Assembly (NCBI GenBank): GCA_963769885.1
Contig: CAVYNH010000004.1
Span: forward strand, 160,001 to 224,000
Direction: 5' to 3'
DNA from: Methanobacteriota archaeon
GTDB taxonomy: Archaea; Thermoplasmatota; E2; DHVEG-1
DNA: 64,000 nt
The translations under genes were made by a program, and so were the position numbers. Below, piece after piece: positions 30,596 to 40,239 of the stretch (its first letter is position 1; each line of letters starts with the position of its first letter). Under the pieces are notes generated by a model. That model made no database searches and was not told where the DNA came from. It saw only the letters and a list, made by a program, of their open reading frames with translations.

Positions 30596-30777
30596 AAGCA
30601 AAATTAATATTATTCTATGAGATATTTAAAACCTCCTGTGGCGTCTCCGAGAAATCCGGATGGAGACCAAGCACAATGTTCTTAATGGCCCGTATTATTG
30701 CCCATCCTCAAGACCGTCACCCTTGACTCACTCACGGTTCACGACCTTCCCAGGGAGCAATTAGGATCCACCGGACT

Positions 30778-31689
30778 ATGACCAGCTACGCCGTCAGCCA
30801 CCTTGAGAAACTCGAATCCGAGGCCATCTTCGTCCTCCGCGAGGTCGCCGCCCAGTTCCACCGCCCCGCCCTCCTCTTCAGCGGCGGCAAAGACAGCATC
30901 GTCCTTTCTCACCTCAGCAAGAAGGCCTTCCAGCCTGCCCCCATCCCCTACCCCTTCCTGCACATCGACACTGGCCACAACTTCCCCGAGACCCTCGTCT
31001 TCCGTGATAATCTCATCAAACGTCTCGGCGTCCACCTCATGGTCGGCAGCGTCCAACACAGCATCGACACCGGCAGAGTCGTCGAAGAAAAAGGCCGCTA
31101 CGCCAGCCGCAACCTCCTGCAGACCACCACCTTACTTGACAGCATCCGTGACCACAACTTCGACGCCGCCATCGGCGGCGGACGACGCGACGAAGAAAAA
31201 GCACGGGCCAAAGAACGCTTCTTCAGCCACCGCAACGAGTTCGGCCAATGGGACCCCAAGAACCAACGCCCCGAACTCTGGGACCTCTACAACGGCCGCC
31301 ACCACCACGGCGAACACTTCAGAATCTTCCCCCTCAGCAACTGGACCGAACTGGACGTCTGGCAGTACATCCTGCAAGAACACATCGAGATCCCCTCCAT
31401 CTACTTCGCCCACAAACGCCTCGTCCTCGAAAGAAACGGCGTCCTCCTCGCCTACTCCGAATACCTCAATCTCAACGACACCGACCGTAAGCACATCAGC
31501 GAACGGCTCGTCCGCTGCCGCACCGTCGGCGACATGACCTGCACCGGCGTCGTCGAATCCACCGCCACCACCGTCGAAGACATCATCTCTGAAGTCGCAG
31601 CCAGCCGACGCAGCGAACGCGTCAGCCGCGCCGACGACCTCAGATCAGACACCAGCATGGAAGACCGCAAACGAGAAGGCTACTTCTAA
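30778..31689 (+). CDS. cysD: Sulfate adenylyltransferase subunit 2
   Basis: FSGGKDS, GGRRDEEKARAKER, WDPKNQRPELW, MEDRKREGYF. Confidence 0.96.
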   Translation: MTSYAVSHLEKLESEAIFVLREVAAQFHRPALLFSGGKDSIVLSHLSKKAFQPAPIPYPFLHIDTGHNFPETLVFRDNLIKRLGVHLMVGSVQHSIDTGRVVEEKGRYASRNLLQTTTLLDSIRDHNFDAAIGGGRRDEEKARAKERFFSHRNEFGQWDPKNQRPELWDLYNGRHHHGEHFRIFPLSNWTELDVWQYILQEHIEIPSIYFAHKRLVLERNGVLLAYSEYLNLNDTDRKHISERLVRCRTVGDMTCTGVVESTATTVEDIISEVAASRRSERVSRADDLRSDTSMEDRKREGYF

Positions 31690-31690
31690 T

Positions 31691-32959
31691 ATGACCGACC
31701 ACCCCACCACCAAAGAAATGGAGCTCCTCCGCTTCACCACCGCCGGCAGCGTCGACGACGGCAAAAGCACCCTCATCGGCCGCCTCCTCTACGACACCAA
31801 AACCATCTTCCAAGACCAGCTCGACAGCCTCCACCGCTTCGCCGTCCAACGCGGTGAAACCATGAACCTCGCCTTGCTCACCGACGGACTGCGAGCCGAA
31901 CGCGAACAAGGCATCACCATCGACGTCGCCTACCGCTACTTCTCCACCCCCCACCGCAAATTCATCATCGCCGACACCCCCGGCCACGTCCAGTACACCC
32001 GCAACATGGTCACCGGCGCCAGCACCGCGAATCTGGCCGTCATCCTCATCGACGCCCGAAACGGCGTCGTCGAACAGACCCACCGCCACCTCTTCATCGC
32101 CAGCCTGCTAGGCATCCCCCACTTCGTCATCTGCATCAACAAAATGGACCTCGTCGACTTCAAAGAAGATACCTACGAAGAAATCAAAGACGACCTCAAA
32201 GGCTTCACCGCCAAACTCAATATCCCCGACGTCACCTACATCCCCATCAGCGCCCTCCTCGGCGACAACGTCGTCAACACCTCCACACACATGCCCTGGT
32301 ACAAAGGACCCACCCTCCTCTACACCCTCGAAAACATCAACATCACCAGCGACGAAAACCTCGTCGACTGCCGCTTCCCCGTCCAATACGTCATCCGCCC
32401 CCGCAACGACACCTACCACGACTACCGCGGCTACGCCGGCAAAATCGCCGGCGGCATCTTCAAGCCCGGCGATACCGTCACCGTCCTGCCCGCCGACCTC
32501 ACCACCGAAATCACCAGCATCGAAACCCCCACGGGCCCCGTCACCGAAGCCTTCCCCCCCATGTCCGCCGTCATGCAACTCAAAGACGACATCGACATCA
32601 GCCGCGGCGACATGATCGTCCGCGAACACAACCAACCAAAAGTCGGCCAGGACATCGACCTCATGGTCTGCTGGATGAATGCAACCCCGCTGCAGCCCAT
32701 GAAAACCTACATCCTCCGCCACACCACACGAGAAACCAAGGCCATCGTCCGCACCCTCTACTATAAACTCGACATCAACACCCTCCACCGCATCGAAAAC
32801 GTCCCCGAACTCGGCCTCAACGAAATCGGACGCATCTCCGTACGCACCGCCCAGCCCCTCCTTTACGACAGCTACCGCCGCAACCGCGTCACCGGCAGCC
32901 TCATCCTCATCGACGAACGCACCAACGAAACCGTCGGGGCAGGGATGATCCGTGACTAA
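31691..32959 (+). CDS. cysN: Sulfate adenylyltransferase subunit 1 (GTPase)
   Basis: GSVDDGKSTLIGRLL, EREQGITIDVAY, DTPGH, NKMD. Confidence 0.96.
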   Translation: MTDHPTTKEMELLRFTTAGSVDDGKSTLIGRLLYDTKTIFQDQLDSLHRFAVQRGETMNLALLTDGLRAEREQGITIDVAYRYFSTPHRKFIIADTPGHVQYTRNMVTGASTANLAVILIDARNGVVEQTHRHLFIASLLGIPHFVICINKMDLVDFKEDTYEEIKDDLKGFTAKLNIPDVTYIPISALLGDNVVNTSTHMPWYKGPTLLYTLENINITSDENLVDCRFPVQYVIRPRNDTYHDYRGYAGKIAGGIFKPGDTVTVLPADLTTEITSIETPTGPVTEAFPPMSAVMQLKDDIDISRGDMIVREHNQPKVGQDIDLMVCWMNATPLQPMKTYILRHTTRETKAIVRTLYYKLDINTLHRIENVPELGLNEIGRISVRTAQPLLYDSYRRNRVTGSLILIDERTNETVGAGMIRD

Positions 32960-33491
32960 ACACCCATCACGCGGCGTCACCGTCTGGTTCACCGGACTGC
33001 CCTGCAGTGGCAAGACCACCGTCGCCGACCACGTCGCCGACCGTCTCAAAATCCAAGGCTACCCCATCGAACGACTCGACGGCGACATCGTCCGTAAAGA
33101 CCTCACCAAAGACCTCGGATTCTCCAGACAAGACCGCGACGAAAACCTCAATCGCGTCACCGCCCTCGCCGCCAGTCTCACCACCCAAGGCAAAATCGTC
33201 CTCGCCACCTTCGTCTCCCCCTACCGCGACCGCCGCGAAAAAAGCCGCGCCGCCATCCCCGACTTCCTCGAAATCTACGCCCGCTGCCCCATCGAAGTCT
33301 GCATCCAGCGCGACGTCAAAGGCATGTACAAGCAAGCCCTCGCCGGCCGCCTCAAAGGCTTCACCGGCATCGACAACCCCTACGAAGAACCACAACAACC
33401 CGACCTCATCCTCGACACCGACAAAGAAACCATCCAAGAAAGCACCGAAAAAGTCATCGCCCTCCTTAAAACCAAAGGCTACCTCAAGTAG
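32952..33491 (+). CDS. cysC: Adenylyl-sulfate kinase
   Basis: WFTGLPCSGKTT, LDGD, RDVKGMY, FTGIDNPYE. Confidence 0.96.
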   Translation: MTKHPSRGVTVWFTGLPCSGKTTVADHVADRLKIQGYPIERLDGDIVRKDLTKDLGFSRQDRDENLNRVTALAASLTTQGKIVLATFVSPYRDRREKSRAAIPDFLEIYARCPIEVCIQRDVKGMYKQALAGRLKGFTGIDNPYEEPQQPDLILDTDKETIQESTEKVIALLKTKGYLK

Positions 33492-33499
33492 CCCTCCCG

Positions 33500-34318
33500 C
33501 TACTCCTCATTCACCCGATAAACCCCACGGCGATATTCAATGAGGCCCTCATCCGCCATCTTCTTAAGAATCTCCTGGGCCCGGTGCACCGGTGTCCCTG
33601 CCTTTTCCGCAAGCACGACCGCCGAAGCCGGACTCTGAAGCAGCAGTCGAAGAAGCTGGGCGCGCATCTGCCGATCCGAACCCTCGAATCGGGACTGACG
33701 CGTCCGAGGCGCGATCCCAGTCCGCCGCGCCGTCACCACCAACGCCCCGTAATCCATGAGCGCATTATGCCACTCCCGACTCCGCCCCCGCGGCAGACAC
33801 CGTGATGCGAGAGTCCATAACTCATGATCCGACGCCGACTCCGGCACCTCAAACTCAGCCACCAGAATCCGCCGGATGTTTGTATCCACCGTCACCAGGT
33901 CCTCGTTCGCCGCAAAGATACGCACCGCCGAAGCAGTATATCGCCCTACCCCGGGGACCGCATGATAGTTCCGCATCGCCTCCAACACATCCCCATCAAA
34001 CCGCTCCACGATGACACCCGCGGCCCGATGCAGGTTCACCCCCCGAGAATTATACCCCAGACCCATCCACGCCCGCAGGACCGCCTCCCGGGAGGCCGCG
34101 GCCAGCGCCTCCACCGCCGGCCAGGCCTGCACCCACCGGACATAATACGAGACGACCCTGGCAACCTGCGTCTGCTGCAACATCACCTCCGAGACCAGGA
34201 TACGGTACGGATCCGTGGTCTCGCGCCACGGCAGCGACCTGCCATGCTCCCGATAAAACCCTAAAACCCGTTCCTGAAACCCTTGAATCAGCTCCTCCGA
34301 GACCCCCTCGAGCGCCAT
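33500..34318 (-). CDS. MutY-like HhH-GPD adenine glycosylase lacking the Fe-S motif
   Basis: LPWR, SEVMLQQTQV, GLGYNSR, PGVGRYTA, VDTNIRR; no Cys cluster after MDYGA. Confidence 0.85.
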   Translation of the reverse strand: MALEGVSEELIQGFQERVLGFYREHGRSLPWRETTDPYRILVSEVMLQQTQVARVVSYYVRWVQAWPAVEALAAASREAVLRAWMGLGYNSRGVNLHRAAGVIVERFDGDVLEAMRNYHAVPGVGRYTASAVRIFAANEDLVTVDTNIRRILVAEFEVPESASDHELWTLASRCLPRGRSREWHNALMDYGALVVTARRTGIAPRTRQSRFEGSDRQMRAQLLRLLLQSPASAVVLAEKAGTPVHRAQEILKKMADEGLIEYRRGVYRVNEE

Positions 34319-34375
34319 GTCAAATGCAGGAAAAAGGGTAGAAGTCTATCAAGTTTTGCCCAAAAAAGGAGAGTA

Positions 34376-35060
34376 TTAAATCCGGATCACGAAGAAACCG
34401 ACAACGAAGGCATCAATGTTCGCCTCAGTCCGTCCCACCCGAACGCGGATCGTCGGCTCACCCAGACCAAAGACAAGCGACCGCAGAATCTGCGTCTCCC
34501 CAGCCTTAATCGAAATCGTCCCGTTCCGGGTACTGCCCCAGGAGGTAGATCCCGTTATCCAGGGAAATCGAAAACGGCGTTTCAACCAGATCCTCAGTCC
34601 CGATGTTCGTGACCCTGGCCACCGGACCGATGCCGCCGGTAATCTCAATCGAGACCGGGCTTGCCAGGATGATGGTGAAACTCGCGTTCTTCGGAAACTC
34701 CACATTGCCCGCCTTGTCATCAGAATAATACGTCACCGTGTGCAGACCATTCCCCGAGACAATGAACTGCCCCCCATACACCGAGAAATTCCCAGAATCA
34801 ATCTGATAATACGTGGCATTGACCCCGGACAGATCATCCGAGGCGTTCAATAACACCGTCACATTACTGATATAGTTCTGCCCCTGCATGATACCTTGGA
34901 GAACACAGGTCGTGACCGGTGGGGTCGTATCGTTCCCGCTGAGACGTGCACCGCCCCCTATTTGTGATGGTGGGGATGGGGTAGCGGCCATCGACCAGCC
35001 CGAAAGGCTAGCCACGAGAAAACAAAGTAGGATGAAAGTGCGTAGTGGCATAGTCTTCAT
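34376..35060 (-). pseudogene. Secreted OmpL47-type repeat protein split by +1 frameshift near 34528-34530 (possibly sequencing error)
   Basis: DTTPPVTT, SGVNATYYQID, YSDDKAGNVE; removing one C from CAGTACCC joins LGQY to RNGTISIKAG...VVGFFVIRI. Confidence 0.75.
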
Positions 35061-35230
35061 TAGACTCCCCACGTATCTATACCAGAGGGAATTAATAAGG
35101 TTTCTCCTTCAAGTCTTACCAGAACAACCGTTACACACCATGCAGTGTAGTGAAGGCCAGAGACTGTGCTGACTGAGACGTTTCTCCCGTAAACGCGCGT
35201 TTCCAGGGTCAAAAGAGGGGCACCATCTCG

Positions 35231-37390
35231 TCATTGAAGAATCTGCACTCGGAAATGCCATAGAATCCCGATATGGTCCAGGAGCCAGTGTAATAGAGGA
35301 AACACGGGTCGTTCGACGATGAACGGCATCCGGACATGGAGGCTCCCCCAGTCGCTTTCGACGCCGTACACATCCCGGGCTTTGCATCTAATCGTATAGG
35401 CACCACGTTTCGCCCAGGTATGGGCGATGGTTTGGATCTGCCCAGAAGGAAATGGTCCGATCCAGCCACTCGTAGTATTGTCTCCCCAGTCGATGAAATA
35501 GGAGAGGGTATCGTTGTTTGAATCGGTTGCGACCACCGTATAGTTGTAAGACCTGCCTGGTTTTCCGGTCGCGGGCCCGTCAATGGTTGGGGTCGTTGGT
35601 GGGATGTTGTCTCCGGCAATGAACGCCCAGGTGGAGTCGCAGGCGATGATACCCACGCCGTCAGTGACCGTGAGGGTGACGGTGTAGTTTCCGGCGGTGT
35701 GGTAGGTGTGGGTGGGGTTCTGCTCGTCAGATGTCGCGCCGTCGCCGAAGGTCCAGTGGTACTGATAGGGTGGTGTGCCGTTCTCGGCTGATCCGGTGAA
35801 GTGGAGGGGGGTTTCGACGGCGCCATGATAGGGGCCGTGGGCGTGGGCGATGCAGCCGCCGATGATCGTGAAGTCTGCGGGGGAGATGGCGGTGGCGCTG
35901 GTGGTGCTGGTGGTGACCGTGATTTTGACGCGGCAGTGGGTTGATCCGGTGCCAGCGACGAGCCATTGGTAGCAGCCGTTGTCTAGCAGATCCGTGGCAA
36001 TGGGATACCAGGGTCCTGAAGGACCAGTGAGGGAATAGAAGAGGTCGACTGTGGCATCGCCTTGGGCTAGGGGGACGGCGGAAAGCCAACGGATGTTGCG
36101 GATGGCGTTGCCAGTGAAGGTTTCACCGCCGTAAGGGGATCTGAGGTGGACCGACAATGCGGTCGGCTCTTGCCAAGGGGAGATGGCGCATAGGACGTTG
36201 TGCGATTGTTCGATGACGAAGATGACGTCTTCGCGGCCGTCGTGGTCGAAGTCGCCGTCGACGCGCAACATGACGCAGTCTCCGGTCATGAAGAAGGTAG
36301 CATCGGCAGACCAGTATCCTGTACCGTAACCGAGGTAGACTTGGGCGACGTTGGTGGTAAAGGTCATGATGTCTAGGTATCCGTCGGCGTTGAGGTCGCC
36401 GCATTGAACGCGGTAGTCTCCGGTTGTCGGGAGGCCGGTGGAGGCTTGGGTCCAGGTGTTATTGTTTTTATGGTAGAGGTAGGCGCGGACGCCTTGGTTG
36501 TCGTAGGAGATGGCGAGGTCGTCGGTGCCGTCGTTATTGAGGTCGCCGTGATCGAGGCCGACGGCGACGGCGGTGGGGAGTCCGTTTTGGCTGAGGGTGA
36601 AGTTGAAGTGGCCGTCGCCGAGGTAGACGTTGGTGTTGTATTTAGTCCCGATGAAGTCCATGTTTCCGTCGGCGTTGATGTCGCAGGTTTTGAGGTCGTC
36701 GTTGGTGTTGTCGATGGTGTTGGTCCATTTGTGGGTCCAGGTGCCGTTGCCGTTGTTTTTGTAGACGTGGTAGCCGTTGCCGTAGCCGAAGGATTGGCTG
36801 ACGAGGTCGAGGAGGCCGTCGTTGTTGAAGTCGGCGAAGTCGGTGGCGCCCATGCCCCAGGTTTCGCCGCCTGTTCCGAGTCCGGTGGCCCAGCCGGTCC
36901 AGTTGATGCCGGTGCCGTCGCCGAGGGCGGCGCCGATGAGGGTGTCGCCGAAGCCGGGTGTTGAGCTGTAGTCGTGGTGGATGCCCCAGGCGATGTCGGG
37001 GTGGCCGTCAAGGTTGAGGTCGCCGATGGCGCAGCCGCCGTAGCCGAAGTCGCCGGTTTGGTGGATGGTCCAGGTGCCGGTGCCGTCGCCGAGCCAGGCC
37101 ATGATGCCGTGTTCTTGGGTGTTGATGTAGGGGTTGCCGTGGTCGCCGACGCTGAGGATGTCGAGGTGGCCGTCTTGGTTGATGTCGGCGAGTTCGACTT
37201 CCATGGGGCCGCCGTCAAGGCTGGGGGTGTTGAGGCCGGTGGATTTGGGGATGAAGGTGAGTTGGTTCGAGGAGGGGCGTGCCCCGGCGTTGGATGATCG
37301 GGCGGTCCAAGGGGTCAGAGATGTTGAGCAGAGGAGGATTGTTAAGACGCCCGCGAAAAGGATGCGGTGAAGCGGTGTGTGGTGGTTCAA
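35231..37390 (-). CDS. Secreted FG-GAP-repeat protein with PKD domains
   Basis: Signal peptide, about seven DxNxDGxxD repeats, WTFGDG..S...NPTHTY and DWGD PKD motifs. Confidence 0.9.
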   Translation of the reverse strand: MNHHTPLHRILFAGVLTILLCSTSLTPWTARSSNAGARPSSNQLTFIPKSTGLNTPSLDGGPMEVELADINQDGHLDILSVGDHGNPYINTQEHGIMAWLGDGTGTWTIHQTGDFGYGGCAIGDLNLDGHPDIAWGIHHDYSSTPGFGDTLIGAALGDGTGINWTGWATGLGTGGETWGMGATDFADFNNDGLLDLVSQSFGYGNGYHVYKNNGNGTWTHKWTNTIDNTNDDLKTCDINADGNMDFIGTKYNTNVYLGDGHFNFTLSQNGLPTAVAVGLDHGDLNNDGTDDLAISYDNQGVRAYLYHKNNNTWTQASTGLPTTGDYRVQCGDLNADGYLDIMTFTTNVAQVYLGYGTGYWSADATFFMTGDCVMLRVDGDFDHDGREDVIFVIEQSHNVLCAISPWQEPTALSVHLRSPYGGETFTGNAIRNIRWLSAVPLAQGDATVDLFYSLTGPSGPWYPIATDLLDNGCYQWLVAGTGSTHCRVKITVTTSTTSATAISPADFTIIGGCIAHAHGPYHGAVETPLHFTGSAENGTPPYQYHWTFGDGATSDEQNPTHTYHTAGNYTVTLTVTDGVGIIACDSTWAFIAGDNIPPTTPTIDGPATGKPGRSYNYTVVATDSNNDTLSYFIDWGDNTTSGWIGPFPSGQIQTIAHTWAKRGAYTIRCKARDVYGVESDWGSLHVRMPFIVERPVFPLLHWLLDHIGILWHFRVQILQ

Positions 37391-37696
37391 CCTCTGTTCC
37401 CCCGTTCAGATTCATTAGGTGGTGCCGTATTTTAATGTTGTGCTAAGGAGGGGTGGGTTATCCTTGGTTCTTTTGGTGTGGTAGTAGGTGTAACCCGAGG
37501 AAGTCAGCCTGGTTTTCGTCTGCTCGCAGGGGGAATCCGGGTCGCCGACGCAGCACAGACCGTGCCCCGGATATTCTACCATTAATTTCCTATTCCCAAT
37601 CTGTAACTTAAGTAAGTCTCGCTATTCAAAACTATGTTAGAAGGAATTCTATATTATTATATCTGCAAGAAATAGAAATGACGTATGAAGGATGAA

Positions 37697-37724
37697 AAAA
37701 GCGCAGGGGAAGGGATTTGAACCC
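37697..37724 (-). repeat. Copy of tRNA-Leu 3' end (att-like)
   Basis: AAAAGCGCAGGGGAAGGGATTTGAACCC, 27/28 identical to 40022-40049. Confidence 0.9.
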
Positions 37725-37752
37725 TTGTTTATCGGTACATAGGCGATTTTTA

Positions 37753-38601
37753 CTAGGGAACATATGTTGCTGTTGCAAGAGCTTGACCAAGGTAAAAACT
37801 TATTTTATCAAATTGATTAACGGGGAACCAAATCCTGAGTCCTTTAAAACCAATTAGCCAGTTCAAATTATCATTTATTGATTGCAACCCTTTTAATCCG
37901 AAAGACACCCCTCGGTAGCCGGAATTAATTGTTACCACTGTCCACAGTAAAAGAGGGCTAAACAAATTGAAAATCAACGAAGGAATCCCTACGACAGCAG
38001 ACAGTAATAATGGAATAGCCACCAACATTGCAAGATTAAGATTATTAAAATGAAACATCCCATAGGTAAAAAGCATAAAAAGAATTATCATAGGTAAAGT
38101 CAGCAACCCAAATATTACATCATTTCCTGCTAACACCGAATACATGGACAGCAAACAAAAGACATTGCTAAACGCTAAATGAAATTGAGAAAACCTAAGA
38201 GAGCCCACCAGTTTTTCAACAGCAGGATGAACTTGATCTGCCGTCACCAACTTCTGTGCCTTTTCAACACTCATACCTTTTGGCAATAGACCATACTTAT
38301 TGAACTCCACGACTGCTTCCTTGAAGATAGGAACCGCTTCTTCCCTGGTTGTCGTCTGGTTCAATCGTGCTTTGAAATCAACAAGATACTGCTGTAGGTT
38401 CTGATACTGTTGCCTGGTGAGTTTCACAGTGGTATCCCCAAATCCCTGGATACCACAGGCTTGAGTAGTCACTTCAACAAGGTCATTAGTTAGTGATGCT
38501 TTGGCCACATTGAAGTTGATGCTTGGTGCGACTGCAACACCAATGAACAAAAGAATGATACCAATTGCAGAACATTTCCCAATCAGAGGATATTTTTTCA
38601 T
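37753..38601 (-). CDS. Hypothetical secreted/membrane protein (AT-rich)
   Basis: 282-aa ORF with signal peptide and internal hydrophobic stretch. Confidence 0.8.
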   Translation of the reverse strand: MKKYPLIGKCSAIGIILLFIGVAVAPSINFNVAKASLTNDLVEVTTQACGIQGFGDTTVKLTRQQYQNLQQYLVDFKARLNQTTTREEAVPIFKEAVVEFNKYGLLPKGMSVEKAQKLVTADQVHPAVEKLVGSLRFSQFHLAFSNVFCLLSMYSVLAGNDVIFGLLTLPMIILFMLFTYGMFHFNNLNLAMLVAIPLLLSAVVGIPSLIFNLFSPLLLWTVVTINSGYRGVSFGLKGLQSINDNLNWLIGFKGLRIWFPVNQFDKISFYLGQALATATYVP

Positions 38602-38741
38602 CTATTCTGCCCCATTTGAAAATGAAGAATACTTCTCTATTTAAAATCTCCGTTAACGTGATTTCTCCAGAAATGAACCGGTATTTCGGAGTTCAAATCA
38701 TTTTTTTGTATTCTAGAATTCTTCTCCAGTAAAAATAAGAA

Positions 38742-38761
38742 AAAAGTGCAGGGGAAGTGAT
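38742..38761 (-). repeat. Second, shorter copy of tRNA-Leu 3' end
   Basis: AAAAGTGCAGGGGAAGTGAT, 19/20 identical to 40022-40041. Confidence 0.75.
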
Positions 38762-38893
38762 ACCAACCTCAAGTTTAAATCTCACGGATCCGTGGGGGGG
38801 TACCTGGTTCCCTCCTAGTGGATTGTTCAATATTGGCCTGTTCTTTGGTTTGTTGAGCAAAGCGGGACTGCTCGTCTTAAATCAGCGAAACAA

Positions 38894-38916
38894 GGGACCG
38901 AGGGTGATTTGAACCC
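38894..38916 (-). repeat. Degenerate tRNA 3'-end fragment (T-arm intact, different acceptor strand)
   Basis: GGGACCGAGGGTGATTTGAACCC; last 11 nt equal 40039-40049. Confidence 0.5.
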
Positions 38917-39020
38917 ATCTCATATATCCGATATAGTAAAACCCAAAACAACCAAATCAGAATGAACTTCAGCCTTAAAAAAACGACAGGCACAATAAGA
39001 ATTTGTTGGAAGTGCAGAAC

Positions 39021-39785
39021 ATGAACGAGAATGCGTTGTACGAGGCTATTTTCAAACGAAAATCGGTTAGAGATTATGACCCAACGCCCATTGACTCCAA
39101 GCCCCTCGAAGAGATTTCAACGAATTTGCAGTCCTTAAAGCCAATGGTGACAGGGATTAAGACAGAGTTCAGGATTATTTCGCCAAATCAAGTAACCAGA
39201 AAGTTTAGCAACAAAGCGCCCCACTTCATTGCGGCGTTCTCAGAAGCAAAAGACGCTTACAAAGTCAATATTGGGTTTATGCTTCAACAAATGGACCTTT
39301 ATTTCTCGTCGAATGGGTTAGGCAGTTGTTGGTTGGGGATTCCGCAACCGACCAAAGACGTGGTAGATTCTTCAGATCTTGAGTTTATTATTCTGATGTC
39401 ATTCGTAAATTCAAAAGAAACACTTCACAGGACGAACGTTTCGGAGTTCAAAAGAAAGCTCCTTTCGGATATTACCAACATCAAAGATGCTGACGAGTTG
39501 TTAGAACCAGCTCGTCTTGCTCCGTCAGCGGTAAACATGCAGAACTGGTATTTTACTGGCAATAAGAGCGCAATCCATGCCTATTCAAACAGGGCTGGAT
39601 TTCCTATTACTTTCGTTGGGGGAAGTTATTATCCTGTCAACATGGGCATTGCTCTTTACCATTTGCAGCTAGCGGGACAGCACTTTGGGTGGAAAACCAA
39701 ATTCGTCTTCGACAAGTCAAAAGATAAAAGTCCCCCTAAGAATCTGGATTACGTTGCAACCGTAGAGAGGGCATTTAACCTATAG
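39021..39785 (+). CDS. Nitroreductase-family protein (tandem domain)
   Basis: IFKRKSVRDY, GLGSCWLG, ARLAPSAVN.Q.W. Confidence 0.9.
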   Translation: MNENALYEAIFKRKSVRDYDPTPIDSKPLEEISTNLQSLKPMVTGIKTEFRIISPNQVTRKFSNKAPHFIAAFSEAKDAYKVNIGFMLQQMDLYFSSNGLGSCWLGIPQPTKDVVDSSDLEFIILMSFVNSKETLHRTNVSEFKRKLLSDITNIKDADELLEPARLAPSAVNMQNWYFTGNKSAIHAYSNRAGFPITFVGGSYYPVNMGIALYHLQLAGQHFGWKTKFVFDKSKDKSPPKNLDYVATVERAFNL

Positions 39786-39790
39786 TGAAA

Positions 39791-39810
39791 TGCCCAGGGC
39801 GGGTATTTGA
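39791..39810 (-). repeat. Highly degenerate tRNA 3'-end-like fragment
   Basis: TGCCCAGGGCGGGTATTTGA resembles TGC-x-GGG-x-GGGATTTGA of the tRNA end; begins 6 nt after the nitroreductase stop. Confidence 0.35.
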
Positions 39811-40026
39811 TTTTAAGTCATCCAGACAAGAAAAAAGAATCAGAGTGCCGCAGGAGGGGATACTGAGCCGGGTTAAATACCCCCGTCCTATTATAGCTGA
39901 ATCTGTGTGGGTCTGGAGGCAGCTATAGGAGGTTTTTTTCAGACTGAAAGGTTCAAATCTCTTTTTTTAACCACAATAGCATTCATTGTGGTTTCACTAA
40001 GGTTTTCTCCTGTAGAACGGTAAAAG

Positions 40027-40111
40027 TGCAGGGGAAGGGATTTGAACCCCCGAACCTCTACAGGAACAGATCTTGAGTCTGTCGCCGTTGACCGAGCTTG
40101 GCTACCCCTGC
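40027..40111 (-). tRNA. tRNA-Leu(CAA), no intron, CCA not encoded
   Basis: GCAGGGG acceptor stem, anticodon arm ACAGA-CTCAAGA-TCTGT, long variable arm, GGTTCAAATCC T-arm; AT-rich TATA about 30 nt upstream. Confidence 0.96.
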
Positions 40112-40239
40112 ACTCTCCACCGTCAATCCATCGAACCATAATAAATATTTAGGTAAACACCCACCAGCAGACAAATACAATCAAAAATCCTTTTAAACCA
40201 ACAACAAGCTACCATCCCCCAACCAAAACGAGGAGACGG

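Noticed and set aside
37490-37570. GC-rich intergenic patch as an ncRNA
   Set aside because: No recognisable RNA family motif or convincing fold by eye.
37697-40049. Repeats as a CRISPR array
   Set aside because: Spacing is 0.15-1 kb, repeats match a tRNA end, and no cas genes are present.
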